From Sphaerodactylus townsendi (taxonomy: Eukaryota): a stretch of 64,000 bases of DNA. Shown here in pieces: positions 12,481-24,558 of the stretch (positions within the stretch are counted from its first letter, which is position 1; each line of letters begins with the position of its first letter). Made by a program: the position numbers and the translations under genes. Under the pieces are notes generated by a model that saw nothing but the letters and a program-made list of their open reading frames with translations, did not search any database and was not told the DNA's origin. The stretch lies in assembly GCF_021028975.2 (NCBI RefSeq), contig NC_059426.1, forward strand, positions 70,370,001 through 70,434,000. Direction: 5' to 3'.

Positions 12481-13097
12481 GGGCAGTGTAACCCTGCCCT
12501 GTATACCCTACCTTATGAATTATTGGATTTCATATTGTTTCTCATACTGTGTGCTGCAAAATGCCAGTTTCCATGTTTGTATGGGTGGATAGCAGAGTGT
12601 CCAAGCTGAAAGCCAGCCTAAGGCAAAACAATCTGCAAATTGTGCAAATCTATGAGTTACTCCAGGCAATACTATCTGGACATCTCAATTCAAGGACATG
12701 CATCTTTGATTATCTCACCCTGCCAGAGTACTCTGTTAGCATAATGGAGTCTGCAGAACTCCTGAGCACCACACCTCGTTAAGCTGTTTCTTTGGAAGCT
12801 CCTGATACTGTGCCTTTGAGAAAACATTTTCCAAACAATTGCTTCTTCCCTGTATTTCCCCCACCTCTCAGATACAATCTACCTAACAACAAGACCCTTT
12901 TCTAAATCACTCAAGCCTCAGCTAAATTTGAATACCTTTCATAAAATTAATTATGTGCAGTTGACTGAAGGCAGAATAAATAAACGATAAAGACTCCAGC
13001 TGAGAAGCCTAGGATAATTCTGGTATCACATTGATTGCACTGCAATAAGTTTCCATTGTCAGTTTAGATAATATAAAACTTCAATCATATGTCTTTA

Positions 13098-13185
13098 GTG
13101 TATTCTTGAAGGCTTTCATGGTCGGATTCAACTGGTTGTGAATTTTCCAGACCACAGCCACACAGCCCGGAAAACTCACAACAAC
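13098..13185. mobile_element. Short Penelope-like insertion, reverse orientation
   Basis: Reverse complement of the terminus followed by an inverted arm; direct repeat CATATGTCTT at 13086-13095 and 13186-13195. Confidence 0.7.
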
Positions 13186-13756
13186 CATATGTCTTATAGT
13201 CTTCTTTAGAAGAATCATAGGGTCTCATGCACATTCTATACCTAATTTAAGAGCAGGAAGATACCAAAGATTTCACCAAAGAAAATGTTGAAGGTTTTTT
13301 TCTACTTCAGTTCTACATCTGAGTTCTCTTCAGAGTCCCAATATTACCACTGTCATTAGCTGTCAGCAAATAGTAAGTCATAGGCAGTAGCCCATCCATT
13401 GTCTTCCCTGTCTAACACGCTCATGTTTTCTTCCCCAAAAGGATGGAATAAAATAGGTCAACAAAGACTAATGAGTAAAGAAGTATCCTGTTATCTCACC
13501 GGGAAAACTAGACAGAGAGATCAAGGGATAAAGCAAGCATGCCAAGGGTTTTGAAACAAGTGGAACCATTCCTTCGCCCCTCTCAGATACTTCTTATCCA
13601 TGTTCAAATATAATGTGATTGAATGCTTTGACTGACATCCAACAAGATTTGCTTTCATGTGAAGTTGTATGTGTTTACTTTTAATTCAAGTTAAGTATAA
13701 CAGCTAATGAAAATACAAGGAACAAAGATATAATAAAACCATTATATTCACAGGTT

Positions 13757-14689
13757 CTAGAAAATTGATCTCCCCAGAAATTTTCTGAAGGCATTCCTTA
13801 CCTCATTGTTTCTCAGACTGTATATCATTGGGTTCACCATGGGAGTAACCACTATATACAACACAGAGACTATTTTGTCAAGGTTGTGACTTTGCCTAGA
13901 GCTAGGACGTGCATACATGACACTTAAACCACCAAAGAAAATGATAATGACAATAAGGTGGGATGTGCAAGTGGAAAAGGTTTTCTGCCGGCTTTTGGAA
14001 GAGCTGATCTTTAAAATGGTGGTCAGGATGCAGGTGTAAGAGACAAGTATTGTAACAACGGTTGTTATCAGATTGAACCCAACACACACAAACATCAACA
14101 GTTCATTGAAACTGACATCAGAACATGAAATTGCAAACAGTGGAGGGCCCTCACAATAAAAATGATTAAGGGTATTTAGTCCACAAAATGATAGTCTAGA
14201 AGCAGCAACTGTATGGACTAAGGCATTTACAATCCCAGCAGCATAGGCAACAGCTATTAGGTACACACGCTTTCTTAAAGACATGGTGACTAAATAGAGT
14301 AGTGGGCTACAAATAGCCACATAGCGATCATAAGCCATCACAGCCAGAAGATAGCATTCAGTGGTTGCAAACGCAGCATAAAAGTAAAGCTGAATGAAAC
14401 AACCAGCAGAAGAAATTAGCTTCTTTTCTCTTAAGAGATCAGCTAGCAGCTTGGGGGTAACAGATGATGAATAACAAACATCGAGGAAAGACAAGTGGCT
14501 GAGGAAAAAGTACATAGGAGTGTGGAGCTGAGGAGACAACCTAATTAAGGCAATCACGCCCAGATTACCCACCAAGGTGAAGGCATAAACAGCAGTGAAC
14601 ATCATAAATAGAAGGATCTGCAGCTCTGGAATATCTGTCAGCCCTGTGAGCATGAATTCAGTTACAAGTGTCTTGTTTCTCATTTGCAT
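13757..14689 (-). CDS. Olfactory receptor, paralog A of a tandem triplet, intact (about 310 aa from MQMRNKT)
   Basis: [45 protein letters not shown]. The track start at 14710 is a TTG upstream of the splice acceptor; the first ATG is at 14689. Confidence 0.96.
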   Translation of the reverse strand: MQMRNKTLVTEFMLTGLTDIPELQILLFMMFTAVYAFTLVGNLGVIALIRLSPQLHTPMYFFLSHLSFLDVCYSSSVTPKLLADLLREKKLISSAGCFIQLYFYAAFATTECYLLAVMAYDRYVAICSPLLYLVTMSLRKRVYLIAVAYAAGIVNALVHTVAASRLSFCGLNTLNHFYCEGPPLFAISCSDVSFNELLMFVCVGFNLITTVVTILVSYTCILTTILKISSSKSRQKTFSTCTSHLIVIIIFFGGLSVMYARPSSRQSHNLDKIVSVLYIVVTPMVNPMIYSLRNNEVRNAFRKFLGRSIF

Positions 14690-14768
14690 TGCTAGCACAG
14701 GGTAAATCAAAATTAATTAACAGTTAGTATTGTTTTTTTCTTTAACAACTTGAAAAGTCACAGTGCAA

Positions 14769-15495
14769 GGTCTGTCTATTGTTGCTTCTTTCAGTTGAAG
14801 TTGAAGTCAAATTTTAATCCCCATGCTTTGCTCCCTCTGATTTTGGGTTGACATCTGTTCATAGTAAACTTGAGAGTTTAGAACCCACACCCCCAGCTCT
14901 GTTGCAGCTCAGTTTTGACCAAGCAAAGAAAATTCTAAACCAAAGACTTAAGGATACTGAATGCCAACTTCACCCTTCTAGATCGCCTGCTTTCCTGTTA
15001 CTGTCCAGAAGTAGGCACATTCTTGTCCAGACAGCCAACTATTCCTCCTTAGAAATATGTCCACTCAGGGGAATAGAAACATCAGGACATGTTTTCTTTC
15101 AGTGCTCTTTTTACAATGACATTCATTTTAGGCTTATCCTTTCCTTGTTAGGGAGGACCCTAGGATTTTCTGAAAGAAATCAAATAAATGAGTTTGGCTC
15201 TGATTAAAGTTCTTGTTTTGCAAGTCAAGTAACCAAGTTTTGTGCATCAGCATATAAACTTTGTCACTGTCATAATATTAATTAAATTGGTTTACGTGAA
15301 AATGTTTTAAATGTTCCCTGTTCATTTTCTTTTATTCTATTGTATTATTAATTATATTCCTTTTTAATTATGTTTTGTTCATTGCTGTTTCTAAACAATT
15401 TCCCTTTAAAAGGTTTTATGAATGTATTTTATTTTTACCCTGTATGCTTATTTATATTGGCTTAAAGCAGTAAATAAAAGTAAAGTGAAATAAAG
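14769..15495 (+). mobile_element. RTE-X/L2-like LINE 3' fragment inserted only upstream of paralog A
   Basis: Residual peptides AKKILNQRLKD and HVFFQCSFYNDI, A-rich tail; absent at the equivalent sites of paralogs B (about 22820) and C (about 37478). Confidence 0.6.
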
Positions 15496-17895
15496 TACTG
15501 CAATAAAGACATAAAGGTCTTATATATTTGCAAATAATGTTTCTGAAAGAAAGAAAAAGATATAAGGGCCCAAGTCCAAGAGCATTGTGGGGAGATTCAT
15601 GGATGATTGCTCAACAAAAAATGTTACTTCTTGCAGTAGGAAATACAGTCTCCACAATTAGAGATTTTATAGCAACGCTGCATCTAACAATATTATTTTC
15701 TAACTATACCACAGATGTATTCATAAGGCAAAGAAAGACTTCTTGCAGAAAACTAAGGCTTTAAGTAAATTATTTTAAATTGACTTAAACATACTGCTCT
15801 GGAAGGTACTGCATGGTTTTGGTGAGGGTTATTACAGGAGAATAGGAGTGCTGTACAGTGACATATGTAGAGTCACAGAATCACCTGAGGGTGTGTCTGG
15901 AGAAGAGATTCTACAAGGGAGGTACATCAAAGCAAACAGATAGGGAGCCAAAAAGACCAAGGAGTCTCACAGCTTATGGTACCAGTAGTCTGCAAGCTTT
16001 GGGAAAAAATGAACTCACCAAACTGAGAATAAAGGTCATTCTCGGTCAAGCACAACCTTCTCAACTGGACTGCTTGGAAACTTTAGTGAAGGAAAACCAC
16101 CATGATTTCCTCCAGGCAGGAAAGAAGAATCAGAGCAAACTCAGCAAATCCATACATCACCTGCAAACAATACATGGCTGTGTGAAAAACAGTGCAGTCC
16201 TTTATTTATGACACATTTTGTGATACATTCTTTGTAAAGAGATATGTTCTGTACATTTGCTATAAGATAGTTGTTCTGCTCTTCCTCTCAGAAACGATGG
16301 CCAATATGTTAATACAGGTCAGGCAGCAGAGCTACTCAAACGCATGGGAATAATGGGTTTTTAGCACATTGTGCTGACTTCCACTCCTAAAGCTGATCCA
16401 GTCAAATGCATGCCTGTCAGTTCCCAATGAAGCCTGACTCTTTACGAATGATAAGGCTGACTAGATGGCAAAAAAAGATCTGTGCTGTCTTCAACAGCAT
16501 GCATATGTTTATCTCAGCTTCTGGGCAAAGTGAATACTAGTCATCTGGCTAAACCAAGGGATTGAGAGAACTGAACTCTGACCTAAAAGGAGTCTCTTTC
16601 CCCTCAAATTCACTTAAAATAAGCAGCAACATATAGACTTACATTTCATGATTGCAGGCATTCATCACCAGTTCTATTGCATAACTTCTCCCTTTTCTTA
16701 TACTATCACTACCTATTCAATTCTTCTTGGTTCATTAAAATAATTTGATGACTAATGCTGCAATCCTTTTCATTTTGAAGCAAATCCTACCACAGATAAA
16801 ACTAGTTCAAAGCAAACATTTTATTTTCTGATTTTTGCATAATTATACTTGCCAGCATAACTACCACAGCAAAATAAGCAAAACATTCACACAAATTCAT
16901 CTTATCCTAGGTTTTGTGTCCTCTATTTAGATCAACGTTCTCCCAGCTGTATTCCAGGCAACCTTGAAGGTCCTCAAGGAGGAAATCAGTAACATCAGAC
17001 AAGCTGCTCTCCAAAACACCTTTTCTACCACTACCTACCTTCTTCTGCATTGAGAAGCCACAGGCAATTATTGGATATATTCAATGGTACACAGGTGACA
17101 TTAGTGAAGCTCAACCATCCAGGCTAGTGTCTAGCATGAATTGAATCCCAGAAGGTGCCGAGGGATGCACCTCAGCCACTAAAGATTGTATGCCAAATAT
17201 ACATGTCAGGCAAATAGACATACCAGCCAAGCAGTGCAGAAAGATGGCCTTAAATGTAAAATATTTCAAAACAATTTCCTTTATATTTTGCTTGCCTGTA
17301 ATTAACTCCAGATTCTATTCTGCTCTTTCTGCTGAGCTTCTGTGACTTCCTTTCTGAATAGTTCTTATTCCATAAAATTTTAAAATAATGCTTTGCCACA
17401 CAACTTCAGCTTGGAGGTTTGAAACTGTAAGCAACAACATGACCTACTAGTGATATCTTAGCTATAACCACAGTGTTTCTCTCACATGTAGATTGAAAAT
17501 GACTCCTTAATCTTTTAGTTCAATAGCATTAGCAAGATTTCAGAAGTATTATGTACTTTTCAAACTGATAAATAATGACTGTTTTCATGAGAAACAAAGA
17601 GAGAAATCCTCCTAGCACTATTAGGAAATCCAAGTGTATTCCGGTGGCCGGGGAACATGCTTCATTCAGAGCAAACCACGAATACACATGTCTTTTGCGA
17701 TTTCTGGAACTATTTTAAAAAGGGAAATCTTGTGGGGGGGGGGAGCATATGAGTTTTGGTCTACTCTCTGGAGTACCTCAGATAATCACCCACTCCCAGG
17801 TGCACTGACTTCTATTAATGATGAACTGAGGACAAAGCAGTCAACTTACAATCCTCAGAGTAGTTAACATAATTCATTAATATAATGCACAAAGA
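15496..17895. repeat. Duplicated upstream block of the OR triplet, copy A
   Basis: Collinear with about 22820-26060 (copy B) and about 37470-40830 (copy C). Confidence 0.92.
16019..16160 (-). other. Putative non-coding 5' UTR exon of OR paralog A
   Basis: Minus-strand acceptor TTGTTTGCAG|G and donor TG|GTGAGT, both conserved in copies B (24421-24558) and C (37981-38122). Confidence 0.6.
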
Positions 17896-17899
17896 TTTA

Positions 17900-18471
17900 C
17901 TTTTTCTCATATCTAAAACTTAAACTTACTGAATGATCATTTTTTAGAGCTGATAGGCTTTTATAATACAAGAGTATTCTTAGGTGTATTTTTGTCATAA
18001 TAGATGGTAAGCCTACTTCAGTGGCATAATGCACACCCCGGGGCAGGGGCTGAGGCATTCTGGGGGTGGGGCAGGGGCATTCCAGGGCATTCTGGGGGTG
18101 TTCCGGGACAGGGTGGGCGGTAGGGCCGCCATGGCAGGGCCGCAGGTCACACACACGGGCACAGTTCCCCCTCACTATACTTCTGGTCTACTTCCATACG
18201 AAGTAGAGAAGCAGGTGTAGAAGGTGGAAGGCCAAGAATCTTCCTCAGAAAAACATTTTGAATCATTTCTAATTTTCCTACTAAACCAATCTTCCAACCC
18301 CAAATTTCTGCTTCATACAGTAGTTGAGAAAGAACTTTACTTTGGAACACTTTAGGGATTGGCAAAATCAATAGGCCTCCTTTGCCTCAAAAGAATTTTA
18401 ATAATACATTTGTGAATAGTCTTGCACTGGAATTTTTTTCTTTTACTTGGGCCCTCCATGATAAAGTTTCC
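17900..18471 (-). mobile_element. Non-LTR retrotransposon (RTE-X-like) ORF2 fragment
   Basis: KVFQSKVLSQLLYEAEIWG...IQNVFLRKILGLP resembles the region C-terminal to the RT domain; runs into a gap. Confidence 0.6.
18019..18185. mobile_element. Small hAT MITE (167 bp)
   Basis: TIR-like ends CAGTGGCATA / TATACTTCTG; 8-bp TSD GCCTACTT / GTCTACTT; G-rich interior. Confidence 0.75.
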
Positions 18472-21400
18472 NNNNNNNNNNNNNNNNNNNNNNNNNNNNN
18501 NNNNNNNNNNNNNNNNNNNNNNNNNNNNNNNNNNNNNNNNNNNNNNNNNNNNNNNNNNNNNNNNNNNNNNNNNNNNNNNNNNNNNNNNNNNNNNNNNNNN
18601 NNNNNNNNNNNNNNNNNNNNNNNNNNNNNNNNNNNNNNNNNNNNNNNNNNNNNNNNNNNNNNNNNNNNNNNNNNNNNNNNNNNNNNNNNNNNNNNNNNNN
18701 NNNNNNNNNNNNNNNNNNNNNNNNNNNNNNNNNNNNNNNNNNNNNNNNNNNNNNNNNNNNNNNNNNNNNNNNNNNNNNNNNNNNNNNNNNNNNNNNNNNN
18801 NNNNNNNNNNNNNNGTCATGCTCTAACTCCAAAACCACTGGACGGATTGCTTTCAAATTTTCACTCAATGTGCCTTTCCAACACGGGCAGGTTTTCGAAT
18901 ATTGACATTGCTGAAATTCAATACCTGAGCTTGGCTGGCCAAAAGGCCGTAATAATAAATATCATATCAATACCTGAGCCAGGTAAAACATCTTTTTCCT
19001 GGTGCACCAGGCCATGAAGCTGGTTGTGCTTTACTGTCATCCTTAAAATGTTTGTGCAGCATGTCTGTGGCCTGAGGGGTTGGTATGCCCTTACAATGTT
19101 CATGCAGATGGCCAGAGATGAGCTGTCAAAATAGGTAAATAGGTAAAACTGGTAGGTAATATAAGTGGAAGTGAAACACATACACACTTTGCCATGGGAG
19201 ACGTCAGGTGGGGTTCCCCCCCCCCTCACTTGCAAGTAACTTTCACTCTCTGTGGCTCACCCACTGCTACCACACAACACACATACTCTCATACACATCC
19301 AGCTCATCCTCACACACCTCACTCTGCCCTCCCTCACATCCAACCACCACTTACCCACTTCCTCACCCATATTCGCCACAGCTCTCTTTTACTAAAAGCA
19401 AGCTGAAGTTTGCCTTTTTCTTCTAAGAAAATCCGCAGGGGTGGGGGCAAACCAACACTACCATCTCCACTTCTTTTGCACGTGGCCCATTAAGAACCCA
19501 GGGAGCTGGCCTCGATCTGAGCTCCTCACCACCCTGCCTCTGCTGCCTGACTAGAATAGCCTGCTTGCCCCAGTTCTGCCTTACCCAAGCCAGGACTGTG
19601 CGTGTCAACCAGCCTCATGGACAGCGGGATTCGCACTCTGGACAGTTCCGTTGTGGAATGGAAAGGGTTACCTTACACTAAAAAAACAAGACACCACCAT
19701 ATAACAATATGAATTGAAAAGGGAAAGAGGGATTCCATTTGACCACCCCAAAAGGCTATGCTGGGGATCATTGGACCTGGATGGACATCTGCATGGGTTG
19801 CGGACTGTGATGAGAAGGACAGCTGTTACAGCAACATGTGGCCAGGCCTGCTAGTATTTATATAAGGAGGTTTGCTCAATAGGCTGATCTGCTATTTGCC
19901 AATTATGTTTCTTTCTCCTACTGCCAAAGACAACAATTTTTGTTTTGCTGCAGCTCATGTTTCATTTGTTGGTCTGACAGTACTCTGCTAAACTAGATGC
20001 TATGGCACACCTACTTCTTTTAAAACTAACCATAGCTTGACATGTTCAACTCAATCAAAAGGTTTGCTGTAATATATGAAACATAAGCTGATTTTCTTCA
20101 ACAACCAATACAATTGTTAACAGAGACTTAGCAGAATGCCTATTAAGAGATGACGTTATGCCCAAAAAACACAGCATCAGTATCCATTTCTACTCATCAA
20201 GCCTCTATTAAAATAGCAGGACTTTTTTTAAAAAAACCTGTTGGAAATCCTATGAGAAATGGTAAATGAACATAAAAAAGCCCAAATGGAATGGAAACTA
20301 AATTGTTATATTTAAATATAACAAAAGAAATGATGTTTGTCCTGGGAAATGATGTTTGTCCTGGAAAAACAGGAACAGACCAATTTGATAAAATGTGGGT
20401 TTAAGAAGAGCCTATAGAGCGTGTTCAATTTTTATTATTGGTATTCCCCTTCTGACTAAAATGCCAAGACGTTTTTTCTGCAGATAATATCTTGGTATAG
20501 AAGGGCACTTATGTTACCAATGTCAAATGTGTTGCCCATGGCAGTATAATAAGAGGGTACTAGGGTACATGATTCTCTGACATATGATGTACCTGCATTT
20601 CAAATCAAATAGATTCCATTGACCATATAGTTTTAGATGGTCCTGTGTTTTCAGACTTAAGATCAAAATTAATTCTCCCATGACTTGGAGCTGGCTCTGA
20701 TTTCACCAGTTGAGAAATTTTGTTGGTTAATGAGATGCAGAAAACTGAGTTATTGTACAGGCGGCCAAATATTAGGTAGTATCTTTAAACCTTCCTGGTT
20801 TGTTTTACCTGATTGTAATCTCCTCTTCATGAGAATGGTTGAAGGAGGAGTGATTGGACTAGATTGAATTATCTCTGGCTGGATGATTCAAAAGATTTTT
20901 ACTGTCTCAAAAAACTGGAGGATTTTTGGTATCATTGGAACAATTAAGGTGTTCTATTCAAGTAGTAACAGCTGTGATGTAATGAAATGCTTCATACTCT
21001 GCTGGGGCCCAGCCCTCCCCCCTATGGCCCTGCTTCCACCCCACCCCCCACTTACCTTTTTCTGCCAGCTGAAAACAGGCCAGGCCTAGCGAGGCGAGGG
21101 GGGAATCTTTGTTCTATAGGCTCCTTGATGTATTTTGGTCATTTGTGTGTATTGTTTATTTGGTCAATTACCATAATAATAAATTGAAATGAATTGATAG
21201 TATGATATATATTTTGGAAGAAATATATTTAGAAATTAAAAATAGTAATCACGTACAAATGTTCTTTTTAATTAATATAATTTGCCTACTATAATTTGAT
21301 TACAATTTTAAAGAATATCTTTGTATAATCATTGACTCTCTAAAGTGTACAACCGTACTTAATAAAATACGTTTTCTTATCAATTACTCTTATAGCAGTT

Positions 21401-21801
21401 CCTTTATCAATTACTCTTATAGCAGTTCCTTTATCTTTCTGTCAATAATGAAAAATAAAAAATAATAAAAAGGTTTACCAACATGTATGTAAGTCATTTT
21501 TGGAGGTAATGTCTTTCTGGTAAAATGTGTGTGTAAACTGGGGTCTACACACAGCTAACTAATGAGGGAGTAAACAAGTGTAAAGAAATAGATCAAGAGA
21601 CAAAGCAAGCATGCCAGGGGTTTTAAAACAAGTGGAATTACTCATGCACTCCTCATCCATGTTCACATATTATGTGATTGAATGCTTTGGTATCCAACAA
21701 GAAAAGTATTATCTGAAGTTGTGTGTGTTTTCTTTTTACCTTGGTAAAGTATAACTGCTAAAGAAAATACAAGGGAAAAATACATCATAAAACAGGTAAG
21801 G

Positions 21802-22743
21802 TCAAACATGCTGGAAAACAGATCTTGCCAGAAATTTTCTGAAGGCATTTCTTACCTCAGTGTTCCTCAGACTATATATCATGGGGTTTGCCATGGGAGT
21901 AACCACTACATACAACACAGAGACTATTTTGTCGAGGTTGTGACTTTGCCTAGCACTAGGACGTGCATACATGATGCCAAAGCCTCCATAGAAAATGATA
22001 ATGACAACAAGGTGAGATGTGCAAGTGGAAAAGGTTTTCTGTCGGTTCTTGGAAGAACTAATCTTTAAAATGGTGGTCAGGATGCAGGTGTAAGAGATGA
22101 GTATTGTAAGAACGGTTGCTATCAAATTGAACCCAACGCACACAAATATCAACAGTTCATTGAGACTCACGTCAGAGCATGAAATTGCGAACAGTGGAGG
22201 GCCCTCACAATAAAAGTGATTGATGGTACTTAGGCCACAGAAGGATAGTCTAGAAGCAGCAACTGTATGGATTAAAGCATTTACAATCCCAGCAGCATAG
22301 GCAACAGCTATTAGGTACACACGCTTTCTTAGAGACATGGTGACTAAATAGAGTAGTGGGCTACAAATAGCCACATAGCGATCATAAGCCATTACAGCCA
22401 GAAGATAGCATTCAGTGGTTGCAAATGCACCATAAAAGTAAAGCTGAATGAAACAACCTGCTGAAGAAATTACCTTCTTATCCTTTAAGAGATCAGTTAG
22501 CAACTTGGGGGTTACAGATGATGAATAACAAACATCGAGGAAAGACAAGTGGCTGAGGAAAAAGTACATAGGAGTGTGGAGCTGAGGAGACAACTTGATT
22601 AAGGCAATCACGCCCAGATTACCCATCAGGGTGAGGACATAAACAATAACAAACATCACAAACAGGAAGCTCTGCAGCTCTGGAATATCTGTCAGCCCTG
22701 TGAGAATGAATTCAGTCACGAGTGTCTTGTTTCTCATTTCCAT
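21802..22743 (-). CDS. Olfactory receptor, paralog B of the triplet, intact (about 313 aa from MEMRNKT)
   Basis: Full OR motif set; first ATG at 22743, downstream of the acceptor TTTTCTCAG. Confidence 0.96.
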   Translation of the reverse strand: MEMRNKTLVTEFILTGLTDIPELQSFLFVMFVIVYVLTLMGNLGVIALIKLSPQLHTPMYFFLSHLSFLDVCYSSSVTPKLLTDLLKDKKVISSAGCFIQLYFYGAFATTECYLLAVMAYDRYVAICSPLLYLVTMSLRKRVYLIAVAYAAGIVNALIHTVAASRLSFCGLSTINHFYCEGPPLFAISCSDVSLNELLIFVCVGFNLIATVLTILISYTCILTTILKISSSKNRQKTFSTCTSHLVVIIIFYGGFGIMYARPSARQSHNLDKIVSVLYVVVTPMANPMIYSLRNTEVRNAFRKFLARSVFQHV

Positions 22744-22993
22744 CACCAACACTGAGAAAATCAAAATTAAATAGCAGTTAGTGTTGTTTTTCCCTTTAAC
22801 AACTTGAATAGTAGTGGTGCAATAAAGTCATAAGACTCTTGAATATTCCATCAATAAGCATTGTGAAGGGATTCATAGATGATTCCTCAGCAGATGCTAC
22901 TTCTTGGAGTAATAAATGCTGCCTTCCAAATTAGAGATGCTGATTTTATATCATTGTTTCTAACAAAATTACTTCCTAATGATGCCATAGATG

Positions 22994-24090
22994 CAGGGGC
23001 GTAACGAGGCAGCCCTGGGCAAACTGTAGCCCTGGGCAAAACCTGAGTTGGATGCCCCCGCCCCCCCCCCCCCATGGGCAGCCACTCCACCACGACCAAA
23101 TTTTTTTGCACCAGGACATTGGTGCCTGCAGGAGGTGCATTTTTAGACATATCAGCACCAAAATTTCAGCATATCATCAGGAGACTGTCCTTATGCTACT
23201 CCCCAGAAATGTCCCCCCCAGCCTGCAACCCCCATGGACAACCCCACAGAAAACTCAATGCAGAACAAAGATTCTTGGGCAAATTTCTGGAATGTTCCTG
23301 CAGGGGCGCATTTTTGGATGTATCGGCACCAAAATGTCAGGGTATCATCTGGAAACTGTCCTTATGGTACCCCCAAAGTTTGGTGCAGTTTGGTTTAGGG
23401 GGTCCAAAGTTATGGACCCTCAAAGGGGGTACCCCATCCCACATTCTTTGCTAAGGAGATGGGAACACCTTTTGAGGAGTCCATAACTTTGGACCCCTGA
23501 ACCAAACTGCACCAAACAGAAGTGCCATCACTCTGACAGTCTCAGATGATACCCTGAGGCTGTGCTGATACATCCAATAATTCCCTCCTGCAAGAACATC
23601 CTGAAATTGCCAAAGAATCTTGTTCTACTGATGAATTCTACATTACCTGTCAATGGGGGTTGCAGGCTAGAAACATTTTGAAGGCACAGTCTCAAAACGT
23701 TCAGGGTCTCATAAGGATACTGCCCTAATGATCCCCCCCAGGTTTGGTGCAGTTTGGCTGAGGGGGGCCAAAGTTATGGACCCTCAAAACTGTAGCCCCC
23801 ATCTCCTATTAGCTCCCATTGGAAACAATGGGGGATAGGGGCACCCCCTTTGGGAGTCCATAACTTTGGACTCCCTGAACCAAATCTCACCAAACCTGGG
23901 GGGTAGCATAAGGACAGTCTCCTGATGATACGCTGAAAATTCAGTGCCGCTAGCCTAAAAACTGCGCTCCCTACAGGCCAAAAACGGAAAACCACTAAAA
24001 TACCCAAAAACGAACCCAGCATTGTGATGCCCCCCACAAGGTGATGCCCTGGGCAGCTGCCCACCTTGCCCAATGGGCATTACGCCAGCG
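22994..24090 (+). mobile_element. hAT MITE (about 1.1 kb) in the upstream intron of paralog B
   Basis: TIRs CAGGGGCGTAA / TTACGCCAGCG; TSD CATAGATG / CGTAGATG; empty site present in copies A (about 15710) and C (about 37672). Confidence 0.9.
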
Positions 24091-24420
24091 CGTAGATGTG
24101 TTCAGAAGGCAAAGAAAGACTGCAGCAAACTAAGGCCTTAAGCAAATTATTTTAAATTAACCTAAACTTTGGAAGGTACTGCATGGTTCTGGTGAAGTTT
24201 ATTGTAATTTCATGCTCTGGTGAAGTTTAGAAAGAGTGGGAGTGCTGTACAAGGAAGACACAACTAGTCACAGAATCATCAGAGGGTGTGTCGGGAGAAG
24301 AGATTCTTCAAGGGAGGTGCATCAAAACAAACAGATAGGGTTCCTGAAGGACCAAGGAGTCTGGCAGCTTGTGATACCAGTAGTCTGCAACCTTGGGGTG
24401 GGGGGGGGGGAGGAACTCAC

Positions 24421-24558
24421 CAAACTAAGAGAGAAGGTCATTCTGGGTCAAGCACAAACTTCTCAACTGGACTGCTTGGAAACTTTAGTGAAGGAAAACC
24501 ACCATGATTTCCTGCAGGCAGGAAGGGTCAGAGCAGACTCAGCAAATCCATACATCAC
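24421..24558 (-). other. Putative non-coding 5' UTR exon of OR paralog B
   Basis: Same acceptor TTTGCAG|GTG and donor TG|GTGAGT as in copies A and C. Confidence 0.6.

Noticed and set aside
14690-14710. N-terminal extensions of OR ORFs in the track (also 22744-22764, 37399-37419, 59046-59069)
   Set aside because: They begin at TTG codons inside polypyrimidine/acceptor regions; the downstream ATG is the likely start.
15858-16211. ORF shared by duplicons A and B (24236-24571)
   Set aside because: Similarity comes from the segmental duplication; frames are not conserved between copies and it is antisense to the putative UTR exon.
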